NCBI RefSeq assembly: GCF_018977255.1
Contig: NW_024705146.1
Coordinates: forward strand, 1 to 64,000
Length of the DNA stretch: 64,000 nt
Reading direction: 5' to 3'
DNA from: Callorhinchus milii
Taxonomy: Eukaryota
The notes beneath the pieces are model-generated. The model had not been told where the DNA came from. It saw nothing but the letters and a program-made list of their open reading frames with translations, and ran no database searches. Of this stretch, positions 24,013 through 36,559 are shown one piece after another. A program made the position numbers and the translations under genes. Each line of letters starts with the position of its first letter. Within the stretch, counting starts at the first letter, position 1.

Positions 24013-27000
24013 ATGTCAAAGAAAGTTGTTAAGAAGAAAAACGTATCAGCGGGCTCGTCGGCGACAGCAGCGATGCAGACGTGGTGCCCCATCGGGGCTG
24101 GAGGCTGTCGCTCCTCCGGAGGACCTGGATGGAGGGGCACCTCCGCAGGAGGAGGACGACCCGGACGACGATAAAAACCGAACCCGCCTCACGTGTGGAG
24201 GGCTGCGATAGCTGAGTGGGAGGCCAGGATGATGGCGCTCGCGAAGGAGTTCGAACGATTCATGCTAACGATACGGGAGGCGCCGACGGGATCGGACTAG
24301 CCACCTCACGAGCCTGCGACACCAGCGTTGGCCGACGGCGCAGCAGTGTCGCCCGCTATGCCAGGAACGAAGCCGGACACTGAGGGGGCGCCGGGGTCAC
24401 TGACTTCGGGCTCACGACGCCGGCTGCACGTGGAACGGTTTGAGACGAAAGTCGGCGACTGGACAGCATTTACGCGACGTTTCCGAGCAGCGTACGAGTC
24501 ACTCGGTTGGACAGAAAGTGATGCGTTACGGGCCCTACCGACGGCCCTGGATGACGATGCACTGGTGGCATTCTACGGCTTCTCTGAGGAAGTTCGCTCA
24601 TCATTGACGGAGGCATTCGCGGCAATGCAGACATTTACGAGCCGCGATCGGTCGCCAAGTGCAAGTTTCAGTTGAGAAAGCGGGCGGAGATGGAACTCCC
24701 CTCGCGTACCGCAGTACACTGTTGACCCTCGGCCAAGCGGCTTACCCGGCGATGAACCATGCCGCCCTTGACTCCTTGGCCCAGGAGAAGCTGTTGCTGA
24801 TGGCGAAGGAGCTACGGGTCGTCTTTTCGCTTCCCAGCAACAGCGACGACGACGGGTCGTCTTTGCAGATCGCCAGAACATCCAGACCAACCTGGATTTT
24901 CGTGACGAACCAGCGGCGGTGATGGCACAGCCTCTGGTGGTGTGTGCTGGTGTGGCCGGGGGCCCATCAAGTTGGAGGAACCGGGGTTGCTGGCAGCAGC
25001 GGCCGCACGGCCACTCGCGAGCCTGCCTCGCTGCCCCGAGACATACGGGGGTGGCGCCCTGCGGACGTGCTACGTCGAGGACACTTCGCACGGGACTGCT
25101 GGAGACGGAGAGGCGTCTTCCCAAGGGCGACAGGAGACTATGATCACAGACTCTCCCCATTCCGGGACCAACAGGCGAGTCGTGACACATTTAATACATG
25201 GCCGCATCCTTCACATCACCCATCCGCGACACCACACACTGTAAATCCCCCTTCGTACGAATCACACGGTAATGCTGTATGGGGCGCGTTGGTTCATCAC
25301 GTTTTGGGTGCCGCGCCGGGTTCATCGGATGTGATGGTGCTTGTTCAAGGGGTACAGATTAGAGTAATTGTCGATACGGGGGCTTCAGCGACCCTCATTT
25401 CCTTGCAAACTTTTGTTCGTTGCCAACCTCACCCCAGGCTTTGGAACCAGTGGATGGCCCGTGTATAGCGGCAAATGGGGGCAGTTTGGGAATTTTGGGT
25501 CGCGTGCTCGCAACAATTCAAATTGGGGAGGTGTGTGTAACGGGATATATTTTGGTTTCGACTGCTCTAGCCGTGCCATGTTTGTTGGGCACAGATTTTT
25601 TATGAAGGATGCCTCTTAAGATCTCAATAGAGAGGGGATGTTTGGAATTGCCATCGGGGGAAATGCCTTAAATTTTTGGGGACTCCATCTAAATTCGCTC
25701 ATGTAAACGCCGTGGTGCAGGCGGTGGTTAGTCGCACAGTGCGTGTTCCGCCTGCGACGCAGATGCTCGTGCCGTTGTGCTTGAAAAAGGGCCTGCCATT
25801 GGATAACCTGGGGGAAGGTATATTGTTGACGCCGTCAAACGCCGTGGCACGGACGCCCTCCTTATACAGATTGTTAATACGGGGCACGAGTCAGTTGTTA
25901 TTCAGGAAGGGACTACGTTAGCGCATGCATCGGCTGTGCATAACTCGGATGGGGATGCGTGCTTGGCAGCGGGCGAGGGAAATGCGCTGCCGTAGTGTGG
26001 TGGGGAACCGGGCGGGTTCTGGGATTTGTACGAATGTAATGATGATTTGAAACCCGAGCAGCGGTCGCGTCTTCGTAAGCTGCTTTTGGAATTTAAGGAC
26101 GTATTCAGCAGGGGGAAATATGATGTCGGTCGCACGTCCCTATTGAGACATCACATTGATACTAGAGATGCACCTCCGATTCGCTTAAATTCTCACCTTG
26201 TGAGCCCGCTGGAGAGGATTGTATTCGGAAAATGATGGACGACTTGTTGCAACAGAATATTGTCTCTCCTTCTTCCAGCCCTGTGGGGGGCTCCAATTGT
26301 ACTGGTTAAAAAACGTGATGGTTCCCTGCGATTTTGTGTCGATTATCGTAAACTTAATAAGATTTCGGTGGCGGACGTGTACCCACTCCCGCGCATTGAT
26401 GACTCATTGGACGCCTTGTCTGACGCGAAATTTTTCTCGACTCTTGACCTCTTGTCGGGCTTTTGGCAATTGCCCCTGGACGAAGAATCTAAGCCAAAGA
26501 CGGCCTTTCGAACACCGCAGGGATTGTTCCATTTTAACGTGCTTACGATGGGGCTGAACTCTGCACCAGCCACCTTCTAGCGATTAATGGAACTTGTATT
26601 GTCTGGATTGCAGTGGGAGTCATGTTTGATATACCTTGACGACGTCATTGTGTTCAGTAAGGATTTTGAGGGGCATTTGCAACGGTTGCTAGCTGTGTTT
26701 GGCCGGGTACCGGATGCCAATTTGAAATTTAAACCCCAAAAATGCCATTTGTTGAGAACGTCTGTCAAGTATTTGGGTCATGTTGTCAGCGCGGCGGGAG
26801 TCGCCACTAACCCGAGTTGTGTATGCACGTGGCCAGTGCCAGTAACGGTGTCGGAGGTGCGTAGCTTTGTGGGATTTGCCTCGTACTACCGTCGATTTGT
26901 CAAGGATTTTGCTACGATTGAGAGGCCATTTCATACACTGACTGCTGAGGGTAAAAAGTTCCTATGGGGTGACGAGGAACAGCGTTCGTTTGAAACGCTT

Positions 27001-28770
27001 CGGGACGCTTTAGCAGACGCACCGCCGCTCAAATATCCGAATTTTGGAGAGATGTTTGTTCTTGACACCGATGCCAGTGAAACGGGCATAGGTGCTGTTT
27101 TGTCGCAGACAATCGATGGAGTGGAAAGAGTCGTTGCATACGGCAGTCGTGTGCTGTCCCCCGGCGGAGCAAAAATATTGTGTAACGCACAGAGAATTGT
27201 TGGCGATTGTACACTTCGTGCAGTTGTATCGACCATATTGGCACGGTAGGGATTTCTTGGTCCGCACTGACCACGCGGTGCTGCAGTACTCCTTGCAGAT
27301 TGACCAACCATCAGGTCAAATGGCCCGTTGGCTTGAGGTTCTGCAGGGATACTCCTTTACAGTACAACACAGTAAAGGGACGCGCCATGTCCATGCAGAC
27401 GCTCTGTCCCGATTGCCTCAGCCGTTAGGCTCATGTAGATGTACCAAAGGATCGCTGCACTGCAGTCCACCGCTGCAGGGCATTCCGGCCATGGCCGCTG
27501 CAGCCGATTCGGGCCCAATTGATGGGGCCCCTGCTAAAGAGCCCGGGTTACTGGGATTATCATGGGATTGTTGGGCACGCTTACAGGTGAACGATTCTTC
27601 ACTAACCAGATCCCGTTCTAAAGGGTCAGAAGATCGGCCCTTCCTTTGGCTCATAGACGATCTCCTAGTGAGGTGGGATGTCGTGTTGCAAAAAATTGCA
27701 TTGTGGTACTGTTGTGATTGAGGGGAAAACTTATTCACGATGCACACGAGCATTTTATGCATTTGAGTGAGAAGAAAACCGCATTGACCTTGAGTAACGA
27801 TTTTTACTGACCGGGGATGCAGAACAAGGTTGATTTGTACGTTAAGGCCTGTCACGAGTGCGCACGGCGGAAGGCGCCGGTGCAACCATATCGATTACCG
27901 TTGTAATCGATACGAGTTTCACGGGTAAACGAAATTGTCGGCCTGGATATTTTGGGGCCGTTCCCCGTTACCCCACGGGGTCACAAATATTTGCTGGTGG
28001 GTGTTGAGTACCTCACTCGGTGGCCTATGGTATGACCACTGGTAGACCAATCGGCAGGATCGATAGTGGAGGCCTTCCTGCAGGGTTACGTTTTTGATAA
28101 GGGTGCCCCGGAGCACCTGCTTACTGATCAGGGCAAATTTTTTTTATTCCCGCCTGTTCAAATAAGTGTGTGACGCATTGGGTACAAAAAAATCCAGACG
28201 TCCTCGTACCACACGCAAACCGACGAGATGGTTGAACGTCTTCATAGGATGCTGACGTCTATGTTGTGCCAGCAGGTTAATTCGCCACAAACTGATTGGG
28301 ATCTATATGTTCCAGCGACTCTGGCCGCTTACAGATTGGCCCCGCATGCCTCAACGGGGTATTCACCCTTCTATTTAATGTACGGTTGAGAACCGGAGTC
28401 CCCGGCCCTGGTCAAGCTAGGTTTCAAACCAAAGGGGAAGTTGTCAGCGGTGCCTACCCCCATGCAAGTGGCATTGGACCGTCTGAAGGAGGCTAGAGAG
28501 GCCTCACTGGGTAATACGGAGCGGAGGCAGGCGGCTAATGAGCACTTGCACGGTACACAGCCTCCGCGGGAGCCATGGCAAGTGGGAGACAGGGCTTGGT
28601 TGCATTGTCCTATGGTGCCAGTGGGCACATCACCGAAATTCCATTGGCCCTGGCAGGGTCCTGTTGAATTGTGGAGGTTCGAAGGGACCAGAGTGTACGG
28701 ATTTGGTGCGATCGTCGATTGTGGCATGTTTACCCATCGCGGTTGAAGAAATATGTATCGCCTTATGATG
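24013..28770 (+). pseudogene. Gypsy gag-pol with many stops and frameshifts
   Basis: Gag-like DWTAFTRRF...LPTALDDDAL; protease VIVDTGASATLI; RT LRFCVDYRKLN, YLDD; RNase H VLDTDASE; integrase LDILGP, LTDQG, WPWQGP. Confidence 0.93.
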
Positions 28771-29390
28771 CGTCATCTCCCATCCCGGAGCGGCCTGTAT
28801 TGGATGTGTCCGACGAGCGTGTTGTGTGGCGGTGTGAGAACGCACCTCAGCAGTTTACCCCCCGTATGTCTGCAGGATCACCGTTTTTGAGTCAGGTGCC
28901 GCCCCGGGACGCATGGGAACGGAATGCGGTCTCGCCAGCGGGCGGCCGATGTTATGAGGAGAGGCGCACGTCACGGGCAGGACGCTGCCCTGCGCCCACG
29001 GAGGGATGCTCCCCGCCCTTGTCCCCTGTTCACCCAGGCCGGGGTGATGTACCGGCTGCGGAAACCCGCTCCCGAAGAGTGACTTTTTCTTGACATTCTG
29101 TGGCGTAGTAGTTGTGTTGCGTTGTCGAGGGGGGTATCGTGTATCTATGTATATGAGGGTTGTTGTGTGTTGCCGTGTGACGCGTTATGTTTAGCCGGGA
29201 CGGCTAATTTTTTAAACATGGGGAGGGGGGGGGGTGATGTAGTGCCTGAAATACGCACCACACGCAGGAGTGGGTGTACGCGCATGCAGAGTACAGTGGG
29301 AGCTGATTGGCCAGGAAGTTGTTATATTCTTAGGTTTTTTCGGTAAAGTCACGTAGGTAAAAAACATTAAAAAGTAAAATAAAATAAAAA

Positions 29391-29433
29391 TCACGACGTT
29401 TCGGAGGCAACACAAGCTTCCGTCTTCAGGTGG
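29391..29433 (-). ncRNA. Minimal type I hammerhead ribozyme motif
   Basis: Minus strand reads CAC-CTGAAGA-C-GGAAGC-loop-GCCTCC-GAAA-CGTC-GTG. Confidence 0.65.
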
Positions 29434-29907
29434 TACCGTCACAGCCACGACAGCTGTATCAAGTAAATGAGAGATTGCAGAAGCCACCACTCCGTTTATA
29501 TAATGGTTGGAGGAGGTGGTGGAGCAAGGGCCGCATACTTTTATTAATATGGTAAGGTGAGGCTTAAGACTAAGAATAGACTGCATAACAAAGGCTGAGC
29601 CTTTGATTAACCATGCAAAAGATTTAACTACACTTATTTGCCAATCTTATTTGACAGACAACCATCACAGTTTTACCATGTCTAGTGGTGGTCTCCCTGT
29701 TACAGGTTGAGTCACAAACCGCACCTCTCCATAACAAAGGCTCAGCCTTTGTTATGCAGTCTATTCTTAGTCTTAAGCCTCACCTTACCATATTAATAAA
29801 AGTATGCGGCCCTTGCTCCACCACCTCCTCCAACCATTATATAAACGGAGTGGTGGCTTCTGCAATCTCTCATTTACTTGATACAGCTGTCGTGGCTGTG
29901 ACGGTAC

Positions 29908-29949
29908 CGCCTGAAGACGGAAGCTTGTGTTGCCTCCGAAACGTCGTGA
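29908..29949 (+). ncRNA. Minimal type I hammerhead ribozyme motif
   Basis: CGC-CTGAAGA-C-GGAAGC-TTGTGTT-GCCTCC-GAAA-CGTC-GTG. Confidence 0.62.
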
Positions 29950-30879
29950 TTTTTATTTTATTTTACTTTTTAATGTTTTTTACCTACGTGACTTTACCGA
30001 AAAAACCTAAGAATATGAATCATTGCAGTCACGAAAGCTTCAAATCTACAGGAAGTTGTTGTTGTCGCTAAGTGGCGCCGTGTTGTCTGGAAAACGTGGC
30101 AGGTGCCAGCGGGGCCTGGGGGGCGAGGGGCGTCGCGGGGGATGCCACCGATTAATTGGAGATTAATTGGCTTGGGGATAAAGAGAGGGGGTTTTGAAGG
30201 AGACGTGAGTTCGCGCCTGGGAGAAGAAGGATGTTGGAGCTGAAGCAGCGGAGCCAGAAGCAGTGGAGAAGTGTAGGGTAGCAGTGGAGAAGTATAGGGT
30301 AGCAGTGGAGAAATGTAGGGTAGCAGTGGAGAAGTATAGGGTAGCAGTGGAGAGGTATAAGGTAGCGACGGAGAAGCCAGCAGAAGTGGCTGGAGTGTGA
30401 CGGCGAAGCCAGCAGAAAGCGCCTGGAGTGTGGCGGAGAAGCCGATAGGGATACGGCTGAGTGTGACGGGGGAGCCGATAAAGAGCGGCTGAACTGTGAT
30501 GGAGAGAGTGGAGAAGAGAGTCGACGGAGGAGAGACGCGGAGCAAGCGAGAATGTGGCGAGCGAGCGGCGAGCGCGAGGGAGGAATGTTGATTGGTGTTA
30601 GCTGGAGGAATGTTGATCGGTATTAGCGAAATAAAGAGAGAGAAAAACAAGAAGCTGTCGTGTTAAGTCGAGCACTACACGAGCAACTGCCAAAGTAACT
30701 TGTGCAAACATTACACTTTACATCTCTTCATGAACAATTTGAGTCGTCATCATTATCAGACATGACCAATCCACTGCTAGATGGAGGCATCCCCACTGTG
30801 CCACCATCCCACGCATTCCCGGTGCTCATTATGGCACTGATGATTTTTTACAGCAGCGGGGTCCCAACCTGCGGTGCAC

Positions 30880-31082
30880 TGACCACCGGTGGCGCTGCAC
30901 AGACCACCGGTTGCGCTGCACAGACCACCGGTGGCGCTGCACAAACCACCGGTGGCGCTGCACAGACCAGCAGTGGCAGTGCACAGACCACCGGTGGCGC
31001 TGCACAGACCACCGGTGGCGCTGCACAGACCAGCAGTGGCAGTGCACAGACCACCGGTGGCGCTGCACAGACCACCGGTGGT
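30880..31082 (+). repeat. 21-bp minisatellite (ACCACCGGTGGCGCTGCACAG), ~10 units, within a hAT-like end
   Basis: Visible tandem units, preceded by CAGCGGGGTCCCAACCTG. Confidence 0.88.
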
Positions 31083-32399
31083 CCGCAAGGTCATGGAATG
31101 TGGTCTGCCGAGCTATCGCAGATTCTACAGTCTTTCACAAAACAAAACAAATTACTGCCCATAATATTCAGATTCGTCAATAAAAAGTCTAGTGATTATT
31201 TTTGTTATTACTATTCTTCAGCTCTTTTAGTTGACTGTGGGTTTAATTTGAATAAAATATGTATTTGGTGCAGGGTTGTCCTTGAAAATTATTTGAGGGT
31301 TGAGGGTGGTTGTCCACGAGTCCATAGTTCAGTTCACTTTGATTATCTTCGGAGAGATGTTACATCATAAGCAGCCAATAAAAATACAGAACAATAATAA
31401 AAAAAAGTTTTCAACACGGCTGTGTAACACTGCTCTACAGCCTTGCCACGTGCACACAGACAGACACGCAGCACACACAACACGGCATTCGTGAATGAAA
31501 AAAAAGACAAAGCACCAGCGCAATACCTGCACAAGAAAGTTGGCTACATCCTGACAGATCCACGTCTTCACGTCCTCCTTCGTCGGCATCGCAGCTTCGG
31601 GCTGATACGAAAAAAAGAAAGCACGGTCTGATAAAGACTTCCACCTCGATAATAGCCGCAATTAGTTTGAAGAGATGACTATCAGCAGACAATATGTCTG
31701 TAGCTCTGACGGGTCGCTGTGCGGGGTGAACCAACCTGGTACTGGACGGGGATGCTTCCCATTTCCCCTTTATCAGTAAATTACCAGAACGAATGACTTT
31801 TTGACTGACACCCCCACATGTAAATATGTACCCACCCACCGCACAACACACATGCACATGTACAAACGTAACTGTGTACACACAACACGATATATGCACA
31901 CAAAATACACACATGTTACACCCAACACACACAACATACATAATACAGTACAACCAAAACAGGCATAAAAACAAATTACACCAAACACACTCCCAACACA
32001 AAAACCACACGCACACGCGACGCATTTTTTCCATGTGCTCCGGATTCCTTAAAATTGTACAAACTCATTCATTGGCCAAAAACATATCAGAATATAAAAA
32101 CAACACAAGACCCTCCAGAAAAAGAGTTATATGGCTATCTTGGATAAATGGCTAAATTACTATTCTACACATGCACGTACAGTATAAAGCGTGGTCCAGA
32201 TGTCACATGACCTAATGTAATTCTCTAAAGCTTAATATGTTGTATACCAATAGGAGTGAACACAGAAACCAAAAGCAATGGGAAAAAATAATGGAGGTCA
32301 ATTAATTGGGGGTCACATTACATCTGGACCACCCTGTACACCCACCTAACACAAAACAAAGATCCCCGTCTAACCTTAACTGACTTTTAGGGCCAGTTC

Positions 32400-32660
32400 T
32401 ATTAGCAAGCACCTATGAAAACCGGCACGGCACACGAGGAGGTGGGTGGCCAGCACCATGTCGGACCACCTTTGGCTCTCTCGTGGCGGTGTTTTTTTAC
32501 GCACCGCATTCAAATACTAATTTGAGCTGAGTCGACCTAAGTGGGGGGGGGGGGGGGCAGGACCAGTTTAGAAAATCGTCAGTGGTGTCGGCCGTGAGGA
32601 AGAATCGATTCTGGCCGCCAGGCTCGTAGCGCAGCACGCTATCCGCCATACTACCGAGTT
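32400..32660 (-). mobile_element. SINE, same family as 5772-6060
   Basis: Reverse complement contains TAGCGTGCTGCGCTACGAGCC and TAGGTCGACTCAGCTCAAATTAGTA. Confidence 0.55.
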
Positions 32661-34404
32661 AGTACATGACGCATACATGCACACATCCAACACACACGAA
32701 TATTGAAGTAAAGTTCAGTTTAGGTAGTGAGTGGCCCTAGCTGCGGGTGTACAACTGTGGCAGAACATCTGCTTGCCTGTGGGACGTGCTGGTGTCGGTT
32801 AGCCCTGACCTTTATGAAGGGGGCTCAATGTGTACAAGGAAGTGGCCTCGAGAGGAACACGTGTGGGGTGGGTTGTGCGTGGTGTGCACGCACGCCAAGT
32901 GCAATATGAATGGCTCCTGCATCTGATGTGTGGAGAACAGCCCAGCGACTGGCACTCAACTACAAATCTGCAAGGAGACCCGTGCTTCAGGCAGCAATGA
33001 TGGAGATTCAAAACAGAAAGACATACATATGAAAATCTAAAATGTGTTAAAGAAAAGGAATGAAACTACAGTATGTAGATTGAAATTTTTATAAGTTACA
33101 TTTTCTGAATCACAGTAATTAATTTTCTGACTGAACATTTATAACATTTTATGCGAGAACCTGCCTGTGATGCATATCCAAAAGTTTGTGGTATTTTTGT
33201 GTTTTATCATGGCCGGCAATTTGGAGTGTCTAGGAAAAACTCCGGATAAGAGAAGAAGACGCGATCAATAATTGCACAGTTATGTCCCATGTATGGATTT
33301 AAATCAGTGGTGAGCATACTGCACTTATACACTCGGCTCCCAGAGTTTTGTCTCCTGGCCACGGCGAACATCAGTGGCAAAGTGACCTCTGAACCGGGCC
33401 TGAGAACCACTCCTTCTCTCGTCCACCCCCTTGCGACGCGGCCCCTTACCAAGCTGCGTGTTGAAGTATGTTAAACACAATACACACGCTTAGACACCGC
33501 GTGGGGGAGCCCTTTCTATCCATACAGCACGTTTTAGGATAACGTCACAGTGTGTGTTGGTGTTTACTGAACAAGTGACTTCTGTGGTTATGAGCTTGAC
33601 GTTACTCCGTTTGGGAGTAAGAAGGCTGCTTTCGGTCCAGGCATTGCAAAACTTTTATAAACAATGTATCTCGTCACTCCAGGGACAGCAAATGCTGGCC
33701 GAGGCTTCCTTCTGTCCTCGCAGCTGGTGGGATGGGATTTAGACACCACCGCGACTATCGCACGGTGGAGCCAAGGAGTGTAACGATTGAGATTATTATT
33801 CAATAAATGAAAACTGCATGCAAATCACAAGCCATTGTTACATTTAGGCTAGGAAACAAGAAAAATTAACAAACTTATTTTTGAATTCGAAACTTGTCCA
33901 GTTCATCAGTCAATAGTAATGCATTTAATTTAAACACATCTTTTGGAATTGTTTCAATACTCAAAGAAGGGCTTTGAGACGAGATTAAAAGGTAATCACG
34001 TTTCAAAGGTGGTCAAAGAAGGGCATCAGCTTACCGCATAAAACTAGGTCATGAAGGGGTTTTTACAATGGAGTATCATGATGCAATTTGTGTTTTGATG
34101 AAATTTGTATAAAATACCCGATCATACGTTATAATGTAAAAAAGAAATCTGGACTGATAGTGAAAGGATATTTTTGATCCATTGTTTTACTTGCTATGGA
34201 CATAGCATCCCATGAAGAGAATTGGTGACATTCCGCATGTATAGAACTGCGCAACACTCACTGTCCTCACTGGAAGTGGAGTCTTGACTGAACACACTGC
34301 TGATCAAATTATTCGCAGATGTAGAAAGGAATGCCTCCAAACACATGACCGCATACTCCGATTGCTGAAGTATTTCTTAAATGGTTTGCGCATAATCTCT
34401 CAAG

Positions 34405-34475
34405 GCATCGGTGGTTCAGTGGTAGAATTCTCGCCTGCCACGCGGGAGGCCCGGGTTCGATTCCCGGCCGATGCA
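34405..34475 (+). tRNA. tRNA-Gly-GCC: tRNA-Gly(GCC), intact
   Basis: GCATCGGTGGTTCAGTGGTAGAATTCTCGCCTGCCACGCGGGAGGCCCGGGTTCGATTCCCGGCCGATGCA forms a full cloverleaf, followed by an oligo-T Pol III terminator. Confidence 0.97.
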
Positions 34476-35082
34476 CATTTTTTGGTATTTTATTACAACA
34501 ATTAATTTAATAGCATTTATCTTTGCTGCACTGCTATTAGTGTGAATAATGTGGTATCTATTTTAATCTAATGATTGTTATTCACGTTTATATGTTTTCT
34601 AGATGTAGAAGAGAATTTCCATTGGAAAACGTTTTTCAGGGTTTTTACAGTATTGACTGCATTCGGTAGTTGCAGATGGAGACCCCTAGTGATCAGGGGC
34701 CTCCATGACATGCATTCCTCGGTCACGCGCTATTAACAAGGGCCCCGATAAGGTGTGGAATAGCATATAATGCCAACATTCATCACGCCAGGAAAAAAAT
34801 TGCATCCATAATAATGATGATTAGTCAAAGGCCATTTTCTTATTTTAGTCTGTGTTGGCACAGGGTAGAACCAATCCTTCATTGGTGACTGGTACCTGTG
34901 GTACAAAAAACTCATACATATTTTCAGGAGGTTCGTCATAAATAGCAGATCGTAGAAAAAGTTGCACAATAATAATCAGATTTTAAAGAAAAAGCCAAAA
35001 GCCACATTTCCAGATAAAACTTGCACAGGACTGAAAGATCAGTATTCATGAATGTCATATAAAAACAGCTGGGAAGTGTGAA

Positions 35083-35153
35083 GCATCGGTGGTTCAGTGG
35101 TAGAATTCTCGCCTGCCACGCGGGAGGCCCGGGTTCGATTCCCGGCCGATGCA
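35083..35153 (+). tRNA. tRNA-Gly-GCC: tRNA-Gly(GCC), intact, identical to the 34405 copy
   Basis: Identical 71-nt sequence followed by CTTTTT. Confidence 0.97.
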
Positions 35154-35631
35154 CTTTTTAGAATATTTATTTTTGCTTTTATCACGATATGTAACATTGT
35201 AAAGATTTAATGCACATTTAGTAGTATCGAAAAATATTACGTTCCATGTTATTGAAGAATATTAATCACACCCACTTCATTTCCTAGTATGCTAGTGGCA
35301 ACCATATCTTGAGGCCGCTTTCAGCTGGGAAAATTCGGTCGCAGTAATTGTACCAACCCAGTTCAATAACTAGTATTGGAGATGAGTAGTGACAAATTAT
35401 TTCTCTGGTCAAAATAGTTTCCAGCTATTCATCATAACAGGTGAAGAAATAGTTTTTAGCAACATCCCAATAATATAATTTGCATATAATCAATTAACTC
35501 CAGCATCATATTCGGATATTCATGAAAAATGGAAAAGTCAAAAGCCAAATATACACAGAGAAGATGCTTCCACACGACTGAAAGAAGATCAGTATTCATG
35601 CATCTGACGTAAAAAACTCATGGAGTATGTG

Positions 35632-35702
35632 GCATTGGTGGTTCAGTGGGAGAATTCTTGCCTGCCTCGTGGGAGGGCCGGGTTTGATACCTGGCTGATG
35701 CG
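35632..35702 (+). pseudogene. tRNA-Gly(GCC) pseudogene
   Basis: About ten substitutions relative to the intact copies, including a damaged B box (GGTTTGATACC). Confidence 0.85.
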
Positions 35703-35892
35703 CTTTTATCATGCTAAACAACATATTAAAGCATACATTTGCAGCTAATCGAACAAAACACCCACTATCATCTTCGGATGTTCATGAAAATGTTAAAAGT
35801 CAGAAGCAAATACACAAAGAGAACACTCAATTTTGTGCGACTGAAAAAGATCAGTATTCATCTATCTCACGTAAAAACTCAAGGAGTATGTG

Positions 35893-35927
35893 GCATCGGT
35901 GGTTCAATGGTATAATTCTCGCCTGCC
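35893..35927 (+). pseudogene. 5' half of a tRNA-Gly(GCC), truncated just after the anticodon
   Basis: GCATCGGTGGTTCAATGGTATAATTCTCGCCTGCC followed by unrelated sequence. Confidence 0.85.
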
Positions 35928-36559
35928 CTGAGGTCCCCTCCTGGGGCCCCTCTTTTCCTGTCAGTGTGGCCTGACTCCGTCCCGGCCATGCCCCCCTTCT
36001 GGAACCTACTAGCAGGTTCTCGATGTGCCCCTTCTGTAACCTTTCCCCTACATCCCTCTCTCTGGTCTATCAAGTGACCTGCTGTAAGTCAGGGCTGCTG
36101 TAACTGCAGATACCCTTCCCTGCCAGCAACCAGTGCTATGCTGCTAAGTGATTCTATGTCACTACGCCCCCCCACGCCGTGAAAAAAATCAGCCGTCGTG
36201 GCTGACCTCCATCCTCCTCGTAGTGCAAACAACAAGAACAATATAAACCTTCCGGGATAATTAACAATTACCGACGAGAACCTACAGTAATGAACCTAGA
36301 CCCCAGAGATTGAAAAATGTCCGACGACCGTCAGCGTGCCGCAGCCCACGAGCATCAGGAAGGACCCCAGTACAACTAGTAGTCACACCCCGGCTCGTGT
36401 CTGCGGCCACCAGCCACAGCGTAGGAACTAACTTGGTCAACAACAAAAAGGGGCAGGCTATCGAAACCTAACAGTTTTAGAGTGGGTCCTCGTCGCCGTG
36501 CCCCCAGGCGGGACAAAAATGGGCTTCCTGTAGACCCCAGGACAATATGTAAATGGCCT

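Larger units (their letters stand above)
29324..30048. mobile_element. Penelope-like insertion with inverted 5' segment and 12-bp TSD
   Basis: CAGGAAGTTGTT at 29312-29323 and 30049-30060; 29324-~29604 is the near-perfect reverse complement of ~29736-30016. Confidence 0.88.
23248..30679 (+). mobile_element. Full-length degenerate Ty3/Gypsy LTR retrotransposon
   Basis: LTRs TGTAGTGCC...GCACTACA at 23248-23977 and 29238-30679; PBS-like TGACGTCAGAAGT after the 5' LTR (resembles the tRNA-Leu PBS TGGTGTCAGAAGT); G-rich PPT 29220-29234; flanks CAAG/CGAG (near TSD). Confidence 0.95.
29238..30679 (+). repeat. 3' LTR of the second Gypsy element, interrupted at 29324-30048
   Basis: Homology to the 5' LTR on both sides of the insertion. 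Confidence 0.9.

Noticed and set aside
30702-31370. 222-aa ORF with GGAAQTT repeats (mucin- or antifreeze-like)
   Set aside because: Open only because of a 21-bp tandem repeat inside a hAT-like element; no gene structure
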